In this document: positions 39,371-49,361 of the stretch, piece by piece | Numbering within the stretch: the stretch's first letter is position 1 | How the letters are laid out: each line of letters begins with the position of its first letter | Assembly: GCA_910585755.1 (NCBI GenBank) | Contig: CAJUFH010000007.1 | Span: forward strand, 4,862-68,861 | Source of the DNA: an uncultured Muribaculaceae bacterium | Lineage (GTDB): Bacteria > Bacteroidota > Bacteroidia > Bacteroidales > Muribaculaceae | DNA: 64,000 nt | Reading direction: 5' to 3' | Program-made: the position numbers and the translations under genes | Notes under the pieces: model-generated | Seen by the model: only the letters and a program-made list of their open reading frames with translations | Database searches by the model: none | What the model was told of the DNA's origin: nothing

Positions 39371-41119
39371 TTAGCGGAGGAGTTTGTCGGTGGCGGTGCG
39401 GCCGTCGGAGAAGAGGGTGCGGCGGATGGTGAGGCCGGGGGCGGGGGCGGCGAGGCGGCGACCGTCGGGGGCGTAGTATTCGATGGCGGTTACTTCGGAG
39501 CCGCGGTCGGCGGCTACGGATGTCAGGGAGGAGAGAGCGGAGGGAAAGTATTCGTTGACCCCCTCCTCGGAGTCAGCGTTCTGGGAGCGTACGATATGCT
39601 CCACCAGTGAGTTGAGGTAGACTTCGAGGTTTGTGTACCATCCGCGGGGGTCGAGGGTCTTGCGGGCGCCGTCGGCCATGCGCTCGGGGTCGAGGCCGTT
39701 GGCGATTTCCCATTCGTCGGGGATTCCGTCGCGGTCGGAGTCCCACCCGGCTGGGCGGCGGGAGCTTTCGAGGGGCACATACTCGACGTCTGATACGAGG
39801 TCAACGAGGCCGGGCTTTTTGATTACGGAGCCGGTATAGGTGGCGGTTCCGGTGCGGGCCTCCTCCATATAGCGGGCGTCGCAGGCGTCGCGGAAGAGGG
39901 AGGCTCCGGCGAAGTCGAGGACTTTGTTGTAAGCCTCGGAGGCGGAGTGGGTCGTCACTTCCCCGGCGGGAGCGGGCTGGTCGAGGCGCATGCGCACCCA
40001 CTGCCTGCCGTCGATTTCGCGGTGTTCGACCTCGTCGCCATAGTAGTTGTCGTTGTCCTGGGTCCAGCGGTCGCCGTCGATGTTCTGCACGCCGCTGTCG
40101 TAGCCTACCCCGTCCCAGTCGCGGTCGGGGGTTTCCTCTCCGGCGCGGTTGGCGACGGTGTTACCGCTGATGAAGTAGCGGGAGGCCATGCCGAAAATCG
40201 CGCTGTGGCCGGAGCTGTTGCCGGATGAGGCGACGGAGCAGAGGGTAACGCGGTTATATGAGCCGTTGCCCGAGGGGCCCTGCTTGTAGTAGTTGTTGAC
40301 GATGTTGATCTGTCCGCCGCCGGGAGCGCCGTAGCAGGAGCCGGCGGAGTTGTACTGGACGCAGTTGCGGAAATCGACGTTCTCGGCCTGGACGTGGTTT
40401 TTCCATCCGAGTTCCTTGGCGCGCTTGTTGGCGGTCCAGCCTGACCATTCGTAGCGGGCGCCGTTGAAGCGGGGACCGCGGTTGTTGACGTGGGCGATCA
40501 GGTTGTGGTGGAACGACGCGAGCTTTCCGCCCCAGATTCCGCCGTAGCCGTGGGCCCCCTTGCCGTGTCCGGCGTTGCAGAGGCTTTCGGCGACGGTACA
40601 CCACTGCATCGTGAAGTTGTTGTTGTCGTAGAAGGAGGCGACCTCGTCGATCGACCAACTGAAAGAGCAGTGGTCGAGGATTATTCCGGTATGGTGGCGG
40701 GTCCAAATGGCGTCGGCGCCGTCGTTGACATCCTTTTCCTGCCCGCGGCGCACGCGGATAAAGCGGATTATGATGTTATTGTTGTTGGGGAGTACGGTAT
40801 AGTGGCGGAGGGTTATTCCGGGCGCGGGGGCGGTCTGGCCGGCGATGGTCGTGTTGGCGCCGATCACGAGGTCTGACTCAAGGTTGATCTCGCCGCCGAC
40901 GTTGAAGACGACGGTCTTCTTGTCGTTCCCTTTGACGGCCTCCCGGAGGGAGCCGGCGCCGGAGTCATTGAGGTTGGTGACTATTCTGACAGCGCCTCCG
41001 CGGCCACCTTCGGTATAGCGCCCGTGGCCTTCGGCTCCGGGGAACGCGGGAACCTGGTCCTGGGCGGAGGCGGAAAAGCAAGCGGCACCCGCGAATATCA
41101 TAAGCAAAAGTTTCTTCAT
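39371..41119 (-). CDS. Pectate lyase (PL1) with T9SS-type tail
   Basis: PAFPGAEGHG..GGRGG, IAGQTAP, DHCSFSWSIDE, HHNL..R.PR, DSDRDGIPDEWE, YTNLEVYLNSL. Confidence 0.9.
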   Translation of the reverse strand: MKKLLLMIFAGAACFSASAQDQVPAFPGAEGHGRYTEGGRGGAVRIVTNLNDSGAGSLREAVKGNDKKTVVFNVGGEINLESDLVIGANTTIAGQTAPAPGITLRHYTVLPNNNNIIIRFIRVRRGQEKDVNDGADAIWTRHHTGIILDHCSFSWSIDEVASFYDNNNFTMQWCTVAESLCNAGHGKGAHGYGGIWGGKLASFHHNLIAHVNNRGPRFNGARYEWSGWTANKRAKELGWKNHVQAENVDFRNCVQYNSAGSCYGAPGGGQINIVNNYYKQGPSGNGSYNRVTLCSVASSGNSSGHSAIFGMASRYFISGNTVANRAGEETPDRDWDGVGYDSGVQNIDGDRWTQDNDNYYGDEVEHREIDGRQWVRMRLDQPAPAGEVTTHSASEAYNKVLDFAGASLFRDACDARYMEEARTGTATYTGSVIKKPGLVDLVSDVEYVPLESSRRPAGWDSDRDGIPDEWEIANGLDPERMADGARKTLDPRGWYTNLEVYLNSLVEHIVRSQNADSEEGVNEYFPSALSSLTSVAADRGSEVTAIEYYAPDGRRLAAPAPGLTIRRTLFSDGRTATDKLLR

Positions 41120-41259
41120 AGGTATTATTTAACGGATTAGCGACCGCGAAGTTACCGAATCCGCGGCACCTCTCCAAATTTAACGTCCCGTTTTGCGTCG
41201 CAGTCTGAAAAAATTCGTATATTTGCGCCAATCATTAACAACACACACCATTATCGCTT

Positions 41260-42660
41260 ATGAATTACATTAAGTTTCTGATTGGCGGAGCCGCAGCCGC
41301 GGCCCTGTCGCTTTGCGTCGTGTCCTGCGGCGGGGACGACGAAGAACCGAAGGCCGATGACAAGACCGGTCCCGGATGGTCAGCCGACGAAAAAGAAAAC
41401 GTTGAGAAAATCACTTCCGACGAGGAAGCCAAGGAATATCTCGGCGAGACAGCCCAGATGGCGATGCGGATGATCGAACCCGCCGACCAGAAGCCTCTGA
41501 TCGAGGTTGCCGGGGCTTTCGCCAACGATTACGCCGACTACGACATTATTATCCCCAACGGCCAGCAGGCCCCCCGCAACGAGAGGCGCGCTCTGAAACG
41601 CTTCTTCTCGGAACTCCGCCGCGCCACTGCCTCAGGCCGCTATACCGACCTGAGCCGCGCCGCGCAGAACGTGCTCGAGCTCAGCACTTTCACAGGCACA
41701 TTCGAGCCGGACAACAGCCGCGAGGCGTTCGTCATGACCGGCAGGGGGAGCGACCTGGTAGTGCGCTTCTTCCACAACGGAAGCCGCTGCGAGCTGAAAG
41801 TCACCCCCTCTTCCGACACCTGGACGCTCGACTCCGCCGAATTGACCGACAGCGTGTTTGATGCCGTGAAGGTTCCCCGTAACATCACCTTCACCCTCAC
41901 GGAGGCATCGCGCCAGCTCGTCAACGGCACGGTACGCTCCAACTGGGCCGACGGCAGCGAACTGCTCCTCTCGACCGACGTTACAGCGATGAACATCCGC
42001 GTTACGGCTGAAATCAACGCCACCAACTCGACGGCTACCACCAACAGCGCTGTATATGTCGACGGTACCGAGCTTATCAAGGCTTCCGGCGAGATAAAGG
42101 GGAACAAGATGGTCACCCTCTCCGCAATCGAGGCTCTGGAAGAGGAATACACCGAGAAATACTACTACGGACCCGGCGAATACGACTATTGGGAGGAAAC
42201 ATATCACGAAATCAACCCCGAAAAGGCCGCCAACATGTTCCGCAGCGGAAGCGCCAACGCCAAGCTGCTGGGCCGCGTATACCTCACAGCCCAGGCTAAG
42301 GACTCCAAGAAGTTCCTGGAATTAGAGGACACCTATTTCGAGGAGGATTCCGACGAGCCCGGAGAGGCCCAGAAGGATTGCAAGAAGGCATGCTCGATTC
42401 TCAACTCGGCGGTAGCAGCCAAGCTGTACCTCGCCGGCAACTCCAAGGAAACCGCCACGCTGAAATGGCAGCCCCTCAAATACGAGGAGAACTATAACTG
42501 GGGGAGCTACACATCCTGGGAGTGCGACCCGACGCTCGCCTTCGCCGACGGCTCGACTTACAGCATCAGCGACTACGGCTATGCCGACTTCTCGAGCCTG
42601 ATTTCGAGCTTCGAGAACCTCGCGTACGCCTACGAGCGTATGTTCAACGCCCTTTTCTAA
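41260..42660 (+). CDS. Acidic lipoprotein of unknown function
   Basis: Lipobox VVSC followed by acidic GGDDEE (typical Bacteroidetes surface-export context). Confidence 0.8.
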   Translation: MNYIKFLIGGAAAAALSLCVVSCGGDDEEPKADDKTGPGWSADEKENVEKITSDEEAKEYLGETAQMAMRMIEPADQKPLIEVAGAFANDYADYDIIIPNGQQAPRNERRALKRFFSELRRATASGRYTDLSRAAQNVLELSTFTGTFEPDNSREAFVMTGRGSDLVVRFFHNGSRCELKVTPSSDTWTLDSAELTDSVFDAVKVPRNITFTLTEASRQLVNGTVRSNWADGSELLLSTDVTAMNIRVTAEINATNSTATTNSAVYVDGTELIKASGEIKGNKMVTLSAIEALEEEYTEKYYYGPGEYDYWEETYHEINPEKAANMFRSGSANAKLLGRVYLTAQAKDSKKFLELEDTYFEEDSDEPGEAQKDCKKACSILNSAVAAKLYLAGNSKETATLKWQPLKYEENYNWGSYTSWECDPTLAFADGSTYSISDYGYADFSSLISSFENLAYAYERMFNALF

Positions 42661-42687
42661 CCCCACGCGACCGAACCGCAAAGGTTG

Positions 42688-44733
42688 ATGAAAATCCGAC
42701 CGTCATACACCGCGGCCGTCCTCGCAGCGCTCCTGCTGCCGGGCGGCCGCGCCTCTTCCCAGGCCCCCGCGGAGGCGCTGGCCGACACGCTGCGCCTGGG
42801 GGAGGTAAGGGTCGAGGGGACCGCCACGCGCCGGCCGCGGGTGGCGGCCGACGGCTCTGTGAGCTTCGCGGCGGAGGCTCTGCGGCGCGCTCCGAGGGTG
42901 TTGGGAGAGGCGGACCCACTGCGGTTCGCGGCCTCGATGCCGGGGGTCGGCGCGGCGAGCGACTACGCCTCGGGGATGTCGGTCGACGGGATGGACTATT
43001 CCCACAATCTCTACCGGCTGAACGGAATCCCGGTTCATTTCCCGTATCATTTCGGGGGAATTTTCTCGGTATTCTCGCCTGAACTATATTCGCACGCAAG
43101 GCTGCGGAAAAGCATCAAGGGGGCCGATGCGGGAGGGACGCTCGGAGGGGTCGTAGACCTCGGCTCCGCGGCGACCGACTCGCTGTCGGGAACGGTCAAC
43201 GCGGGGATGCTCGCCTCGTCGGCCTACGTTGCCGCGCCGCTCGGCAGCCGCCTGACGCTCCAGGCTTCGGGGCGCGTCAGCTATATCGACGCGCTCTATT
43301 CGGAGCTGCTCAGAAGCCGCTCGACCCAGGCGGCGTACAATCTCGCGGACTGCGACATTGTTGCCCGCTACAGCCCGACCGGACACGACAATATCAGAAT
43401 CACCGCGCACTACAACGCCGACAACGTGGAGTACACAGACCGCAACTATTCCCTGACGACGGCCCTCAGATGGCACAACCTTGCCGCAGGGGCGGAATGG
43501 GAGCGGACTACCGACGCGCTCGAAATGACGAACCGGCTGTATTTCACCAGCTTTCACAACCGCCTGGGGCTAAATATGGAGCAAATCGAACTTCAAGCCC
43601 CGACGGCGATTGACGAATGGGGGGCGGCGGGGAGTTTCGACTTCGCGGCGCTCCCCGCGGGGTGGAGCCTGACGGCTGGGTATTCCCTGCGGCTTTACAG
43701 CGTCACTCCGCAGTATGTCGAGCTGTCGGGCCTCGGGCAGGGTGGCGCGGAACGGCGCGGGGCGGAAAGGTCACTCGAAGTCTCGGCCTATGCCGAAGCG
43801 CGGCGGGAGCTGCCGCGGGGATGGAGCGTCACCGCCGGACTGCCGCTAAACCTCTATACGGCGGGGAACTACACCCGCTTCCACCCCGACCCGCGGCTCA
43901 CGGTCGCGAAACGCTGGCGGCGCGGGGCGCTGACGCTCCACGCCGGACGCTATCACCAGTACCTCCACCAGGTAGGGTTCTCCGACCTGGGAATGTCGTC
44001 GAACTTCAAACTCGCGGCATCCCGGAGGGTCCCGCCCCAGGAGTGCTGGACCTTCGCCGCGGCGGGCAACTTCGCGGCGGGAAGGGGAGTATATCTCAGC
44101 GCCGACCTCTATTACAAGGTAATACGCCGCCAGCCGGAGTACCTCGGCGCGATTCTCGACATACTCAACGCGGGGTATGTCGCCGAGAACTACGTCCTGT
44201 CCACCCGCGGCCACAACATCGGGGGGAGCCTCTCGGCCCGCGGGGAGTTCGGGCCGGTCAACGCGTCGCTGGCCTACGCCTACTGCCTGACGCGCCGCCG
44301 CATGGCCGGGGAGCCGGGGGTGTTCAGCGCCTCTAACGAGCTTCGCCACACCCTGCGGGCCGGAGCGGCCTGGGACATCGGCTCCCGCTGGACCCTCAGC
44401 GCCTCCTTCTCCCTCGCGTCGGGGAGGCCGTACACCCCGGTGACCGCCATTTACTTTATCGGGGAGCAGCTTATGATGGAGTACGGGCCCCGCAACTCGG
44501 CGCGCCTCCCCGCCTACCACCGCCTCGACCTCGGCGCCTCCTACCGCTTCCGCACCGGGGGCCGCTTCCCGCTGCGCCACGAGGTCGGGCTGTCGGTCAT
44601 AAACGCCTATGGCAGAGCCAACGTCGAGATGAGCAGCTTCGCCCTCGACACCGAGGAAGGCACCTTCTACCGCCGCGACGTCAGCTCGCTCTACCGCTTC
44701 CTCCCGTCCCTCAACTACACCGTAAGTTTCTGA
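42688..44733 (+). CDS. TonB-dependent receptor
   Basis: Plug-like LGEADPL..MPGV..NLYRLNGIP..HFGG, RLPAYHRLDL, terminal Phe (LNYTVSF). Confidence 0.85.
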   Translation: MKIRPSYTAAVLAALLLPGGRASSQAPAEALADTLRLGEVRVEGTATRRPRVAADGSVSFAAEALRRAPRVLGEADPLRFAASMPGVGAASDYASGMSVDGMDYSHNLYRLNGIPVHFPYHFGGIFSVFSPELYSHARLRKSIKGADAGGTLGGVVDLGSAATDSLSGTVNAGMLASSAYVAAPLGSRLTLQASGRVSYIDALYSELLRSRSTQAAYNLADCDIVARYSPTGHDNIRITAHYNADNVEYTDRNYSLTTALRWHNLAAGAEWERTTDALEMTNRLYFTSFHNRLGLNMEQIELQAPTAIDEWGAAGSFDFAALPAGWSLTAGYSLRLYSVTPQYVELSGLGQGGAERRGAERSLEVSAYAEARRELPRGWSVTAGLPLNLYTAGNYTRFHPDPRLTVAKRWRRGALTLHAGRYHQYLHQVGFSDLGMSSNFKLAASRRVPPQECWTFAAAGNFAAGRGVYLSADLYYKVIRRQPEYLGAILDILNAGYVAENYVLSTRGHNIGGSLSARGEFGPVNASLAYAYCLTRRRMAGEPGVFSASNELRHTLRAGAAWDIGSRWTLSASFSLASGRPYTPVTAIYFIGEQLMMEYGPRNSARLPAYHRLDLGASYRFRTGGRFPLRHEVGLSVINAYGRANVEMSSFALDTEEGTFYRRDVSSLYRFLPSLNYTVSF

Positions 44734-44903
44734 ACAGCAAATTTTCGAGATTGCCTAAAATCAATAACTGCCGCCTTGCAACGCAAATCTCAGCTTCAGC
44801 GACATTTTTTCCAGGCGCATCATTTGTCCCTTGAAAAAGTTTATTGTAATTTCGCGATGTTTCCCAAAATCACAAAATTTTAAAGTTTGGGAATCGGCGA
44901 CAA

Positions 44904-46106
44904 ATGAAACTAATAGAAAGGCCTCTGTACCTTCGCCAGTTAGAAGGATTAATAAACACTCCCGACATCAAGATAATAACGGGGATACGACGTTGCGGCA
45001 AATCAAAACTGCTGAGTGCTTTCTCAGACTATATAACTAAGACCGACGCGACCTCCAACATTATCTATATCGACCTGACAAAAATCAAGTTCGAGAATCT
45101 GAAAGAATACCATGCCCTCAATGACTATATCGAACAGAACTATCGCACGGGAGTCAACAATTATCTGATGATTGACGAAGTGCAGCTTTGCCGAAACTTT
45201 GAGCTGGCGATCAACAGTTTACATTCCGAAGAAAAATACGACATCTATCTTACAGGCTCAAACGCGTTCCTTTTGAGCAGTGACCTTGCGACTCTGTTTA
45301 CGGGCCGACATATGGAAATTCATGTGTTTCCTTTCAGTTTCAAGGAGTATTGCTCGTATTTCGAAATAAAGGATGATTACAAGCTTCATTTTGAACGTTA
45401 TATAAAACTCGGAGGCCTGGCCGGCTCCTACACTTACAAAAACGACTCTGACAAGGAGAGGTATATACGCGACGTATATGATACAATCCTTATCAGAGAT
45501 TTAGTCGAAAAATATCGGCTCGGAAACGCGACCGTGTTGAAGAGAGTGGCGGAATTCCTGATGGATAACGTCAGTAACACCTCCTCGTCAAGGAATATAA
45601 GCAATGCCCTTATCGCAGCCGGTACCGAAACCAACTATAAGACAGTCGGCAGCTACATAGAACATCTCTGCAATGCCTTCGTATTCTATGAGGCGGGGCG
45701 TTATGACGTAAAGGGAAAGACGTATCTTCAATCCTTAAGCAAATATTATCTCGCCGATACGGGAATCCGGTATGCCGTGCTTGGCAAGCGAAACATGGAC
45801 TGGGGTCGCATGCTTGAAAACATAGTATTCATTGAGCTGTTGCGACGGGGATATGACGTGTATGTTGGCAAGTTGTATCAAAAGGAGATTGATTTCGTGG
45901 CGATGAAAGGGAGTGAGAAAATATACATACAGGTCAGCGATGACATCTCCGGCGATGACACATTCAGGCGAGAGATAGAACCCCTGTTAAAAATCCGGGA
46001 CGCATATCCCAAGATGCTGCTTGCAAGCACCGGTCATGATGAGAGCGATTATGAGGGCATAGCCATTACAGATATTCCACGCTGGCTGCTCGAAGAAGCC
46101 CGCTAA
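44904..46106 (+). CDS. AAA_14 ATPase with DUF4143 C-terminal domain (AT-rich insert)
   Basis: GIRRCGKS Walker A, LMIDEVQ Walker B, TGSN, KYYLADTG, LENIV, EIDFVA. Confidence 0.9.
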   Translation: MKLIERPLYLRQLEGLINTPDIKIITGIRRCGKSKLLSAFSDYITKTDATSNIIYIDLTKIKFENLKEYHALNDYIEQNYRTGVNNYLMIDEVQLCRNFELAINSLHSEEKYDIYLTGSNAFLLSSDLATLFTGRHMEIHVFPFSFKEYCSYFEIKDDYKLHFERYIKLGGLAGSYTYKNDSDKERYIRDVYDTILIRDLVEKYRLGNATVLKRVAEFLMDNVSNTSSSRNISNALIAAGTETNYKTVGSYIEHLCNAFVFYEAGRYDVKGKTYLQSLSKYYLADTGIRYAVLGKRNMDWGRMLENIVFIELLRRGYDVYVGKLYQKEIDFVAMKGSEKIYIQVSDDISGDDTFRREIEPLLKIRDAYPKMLLASTGHDESDYEGIAITDIPRWLLEEAR

Positions 46107-46142
46107 TTCGTCAGTTTCTTCAATTAAAACCATAAGTTTCTG

Positions 46143-46985
46143 ATGAACATACTGAAAACTATATCCGTAGCTGCCCTCTGTGCCGCGCTGCTTGGCGGAT
46201 GCGACGAAGGGGAGCGGGAGGCCGCCCCTCAACGGCTCGTCGTAGAGGGATGGTTCAACAGCGGGTCGTACCCGGAGGTGCTGCTGAACCTGTCGATGGT
46301 CCCTTCCGATGAGGAGGGTTCGGTCGCGGAGAGCATCGTCCGCTGGGGGGTGGTCTCCATCAGCGACGGGGAGCGGGAGGTGATTCTTACCGGGGGGCCC
46401 TCCGACAAGTATTTTCCGCCGTACCATTATTACACGTTCGACATGGAGGGAGTACCGGGCAGGACTTACACGCTGAAAGCGACATACAGGGGGATGACGG
46501 TCACATCAACTGCCGAAATGCCCTACCCCACCCCGATCGGCTCCCTCTCGTCAACCCCCGTCGAGGGGAACGACACCCTGCGCCACCTGACGCTGACGTT
46601 CACAGCCCCGGAAGACACCCCGGCCTACTACCACCTCAGCGCCCGGGCGCACTCGCGCGACGGCCGAGAATACCCCTGCATGATCGGGGCGCACGAAGTG
46701 CTGAAGCCGGGAGCCGAGGTGAGCCTGCCGGTCTACCGCGGCAACCGCTCGACGCGCCCGGGGGAGAACTTCGACGCCGACTTTCCCGAGGGGGAGACCG
46801 TGACGGTCACACTCGCGCGGGTCAGCCGCGAGGTATTCCTTTTCTGGCGCGCCTTCGACAACGCCTCGCTCGTCAACGGCTCCGTCTTCGTCGGGGCCCC
46901 CGGCTCCCTCCCCTCCAACATCACCGGCGGCTACGGCATCTGGTCCCCCCAAGGCGCCTCCACCGCCACCCTCCGCCTCGACTGA
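46143..46985 (+). CDS. DUF4249 lipoprotein (TonB receptor partner)
   Basis: Lipobox LGGC, LVVEGW, PGRTYTL, terminal PSNITGGYGIW. Confidence 0.85.
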   Translation: MNILKTISVAALCAALLGGCDEGEREAAPQRLVVEGWFNSGSYPEVLLNLSMVPSDEEGSVAESIVRWGVVSISDGEREVILTGGPSDKYFPPYHYYTFDMEGVPGRTYTLKATYRGMTVTSTAEMPYPTPIGSLSSTPVEGNDTLRHLTLTFTAPEDTPAYYHLSARAHSRDGREYPCMIGAHEVLKPGAEVSLPVYRGNRSTRPGENFDADFPEGETVTVTLARVSREVFLFWRAFDNASLVNGSVFVGAPGSLPSNITGGYGIWSPQGASTATLRLD

Positions 46986-47066
46986 TCGCGCGGGCATTCC
47001 GCTTTGTTTTTCGGGAAGATTGTCGTAACTTCGCGGCGGAGACTACATCAGACCCTAACCCGAGCA

Positions 47067-47720
47067 GTGAAGGACGAACCAATCAACGACCACGAAAACA
47101 CCGACCGCCGCGCGTCAACCGACCGCCGCGAGCACCCCGGAGCCGACGCCACACCGGGCGCCAGGAACGGCGGCGTGCTGGGACGGGCTGCCGACAAGAT
47201 TGTCAACGGCGAGGGGGTGTTCACTCTGATACGCGCCGGGCTGACGTCGCAGCTCTCGTCGTGGACCGACATGGCGGCCTCGTTCGTGTTCTACGCCTGG
47301 GTCTTCTTCCCACTGGGGCGCGACCCGCTGCGCTCCTTCCTGGCGACGGCGATCGGCCTGATACTGGGGGGAATAGTAAATTCGGTGGTCAATTACAAAT
47401 TCACTTTCCGCTCGGAGCACTGCGCCGTCAAGGCGGTGGCCGTCAAGTTCTTCCTGATATGGGCGGGGAGCTTCCTGCTGAACCTGGGGGGCACGACCGG
47501 GCTTGACCACGTGCTCCAGCATTGGGAGACAATCCTACGGATCGACTGGATCAAGCCCGACGGAATATTCGCCTTCGCGCGACTGTCGGTGTCGCTCGTC
47601 GTGTCGATTTTCTGGAACTTCCTACTGCAAAAAAATTTCGTCTACCGCTCGACACGCTTCGACCCCTATGCCATACGTTTTGTAGACTGGCTGACGCTAC
47701 GGCGCAACCGCCGCCCTTGA
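47067..47720 (+). CDS. GtrA family membrane protein
   Basis: Four TM helices, NYKFTF and WNFLLQKNFVY motifs; GTG 47067 chosen because it lies downstream of TAACTTCG at 47026. Confidence 0.8.
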   Translation: MKDEPINDHENTDRRASTDRREHPGADATPGARNGGVLGRAADKIVNGEGVFTLIRAGLTSQLSSWTDMAASFVFYAWVFFPLGRDPLRSFLATAIGLILGGIVNSVVNYKFTFRSEHCAVKAVAVKFFLIWAGSFLLNLGGTTGLDHVLQHWETILRIDWIKPDGIFAFARLSVSLVVSIFWNFLLQKNFVYRSTRFDPYAIRFVDWLTLRRNRRP

Positions 47721-47732
47721 GGGTGTGTCATA

Positions 47733-47913
47733 GCGGCCCGTCTGGGTCGTCGCCTGAAGGTTCTTTGCGGAGCAAAGCGACCAAAGGTCGATAACGGCCT
47801 CGGTCACAATCTTCAGATTGCTCCCGTCGGCCTCACCTCCAAGCTCCTACCATCCGGGATCGAACAGCACTCTGAGATAGTCCGCGGTTAAAACCCTAAG
47901 GGGGTTCCGGGCG
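47733..47913 (+). ncRNA. Probable Bacteroidales-1 motif RNA (6S-like)
   Basis: About 180-nt intergenic stretch with complementary ends (GCCCG/CGGGC). TTGCTCC..CCGGGATCGAA.AGCACTCTGAGATAGT..GTTAAAACC resembles my recollection of the motif; no covariance search was run. Confidence 0.55.
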
Positions 47914-47946
47914 TTTTATATTAGCATAGGCCAATATAAACGCTCA

Positions 47947-49320
47947 ATGTCGGAACAGACGTCTCAACATCCATCGCCAGCCGAACCCCGCGCGGCGGGG
48001 CGCGAGGACATCCGCGGGCACCGGGGGAGTATTCTCTCCAGGCTGCGCGCGAGCGCCGGGGAAGATATGTGGATTTTCCTCGCCGCGGTGCTTTCGGGGG
48101 TAATAATCGGGTTGGCGGCCTGGGCGCTAAAATGGCTGATCGCTGCGATTTCCAGGTTTTCCATTTTTGGCGTGGTCGACCGCCTGGGGTGGTGGAGCGT
48201 TGTCCTTCTCCCGGTTGCCGGCATCCTCATTGTCGGGATTTTCCAGCGATATATCATCCGGCGCGAGCTATACAACGGGGAGGCCCGGCTGCGGGCTGAC
48301 TTCGCCCGCGGGCGCTACCGTATGCCGGTCGCGCTGACCTACTCCCCAATCATCGGATGCGCCGTGACGCTCGGCTTCGGGGGTTCGGCGGGAGCCGAAG
48401 GCCCGATTGCCTACTCCGGGGCCGCGATCGGCGACAACGTCGGGAGGCTGCTCGGAATATCGGGGAGGGGCCTGCGCAAGATGATGGCCATAGGGGCCGG
48501 AGCGGGTATCGCCGCCATATTCAAGGCACCCGTCGGGGGAGCGCTGTTCACCCTGGAATGTCTCGGAATCGGTTCGAGCCTGATGACGACATTGGCGCTT
48601 TTCGCCGGATGCGTCTGCGCGGGGATGACGGAATACGCCGTCTCGGGTATGACCCCCAACATCAGCTTCCCGGCTTTCACAAACTTTGACTGGCATCTAA
48701 CCCTCCCGCTGATAGCCCTGGGGCTCTTCTGCGGCATCTATTCGGCGTATTATTCAACCATGATGAGAGTCTTCAGCCGCCTGTTCCGGGGGGTCAGCTC
48801 CCCCTGGGCGCGCAACATAATCAGCGGCCTGACAATCGGAATCCTCGTGTTCACTTTTCCGGCGCTGTTCGGCGAAGGGTACGGGGTAATCAGCGGCATT
48901 CTCGACGGCCACCCGGAGACGACCGTGTTCCGCTCCCCGCTGCTCCACCTGAGCATACCTCCCGGCTCGCTGCTTCTTTTCATATGCTTCGGCGTGCTGG
49001 CCCTGAAGGCGATAGGCACCGCCTCGACCAACAACGGCGGAGGCGTGGCGGGGGACTTCGCGCCGACGCTGTTCGCCGGGGCGGTTCTCGGATTTTTCTT
49101 CGCGAGGATGGCCGGGGTGCTTTTCGGGGCGGAACTCCCGGTCGCGGACTTCGCCTTCTACGGCATGGCGGGGGTCATGGCTGGAGCGATCCGCGCTCCG
49201 CTCATGGCGATGTTCATCGTCACGGAGACCACGATGCAGCCTACGGCGCTCCTTCCGGTGGCCATCGCGGCAACCCTCTCGTATGCCGTCGTCCGCCTTA
49301 TTGAACGGGCACGCCGGTAA
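47947..49320 (+). CDS. ClC family chloride channel/transporter (no CBS domains)
   Basis: GGSAGAEGP, IFKAPVGG, GGDFAPTLF, IRAPLMA; ends soon after the last TM. Confidence 0.9.
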   Translation: MSEQTSQHPSPAEPRAAGREDIRGHRGSILSRLRASAGEDMWIFLAAVLSGVIIGLAAWALKWLIAAISRFSIFGVVDRLGWWSVVLLPVAGILIVGIFQRYIIRRELYNGEARLRADFARGRYRMPVALTYSPIIGCAVTLGFGGSAGAEGPIAYSGAAIGDNVGRLLGISGRGLRKMMAIGAGAGIAAIFKAPVGGALFTLECLGIGSSLMTTLALFAGCVCAGMTEYAVSGMTPNISFPAFTNFDWHLTLPLIALGLFCGIYSAYYSTMMRVFSRLFRGVSSPWARNIISGLTIGILVFTFPALFGEGYGVISGILDGHPETTVFRSPLLHLSIPPGSLLLFICFGVLALKAIGTASTNNGGGVAGDFAPTLFAGAVLGFFFARMAGVLFGAELPVADFAFYGMAGVMAGAIRAPLMAMFIVTETTMQPTALLPVAIAATLSYAVVRLIERARR

Positions 49321-49361
49321 ATCCGAAATTTTTCGTATTTTCGCGGGTAAAGATACCGACA

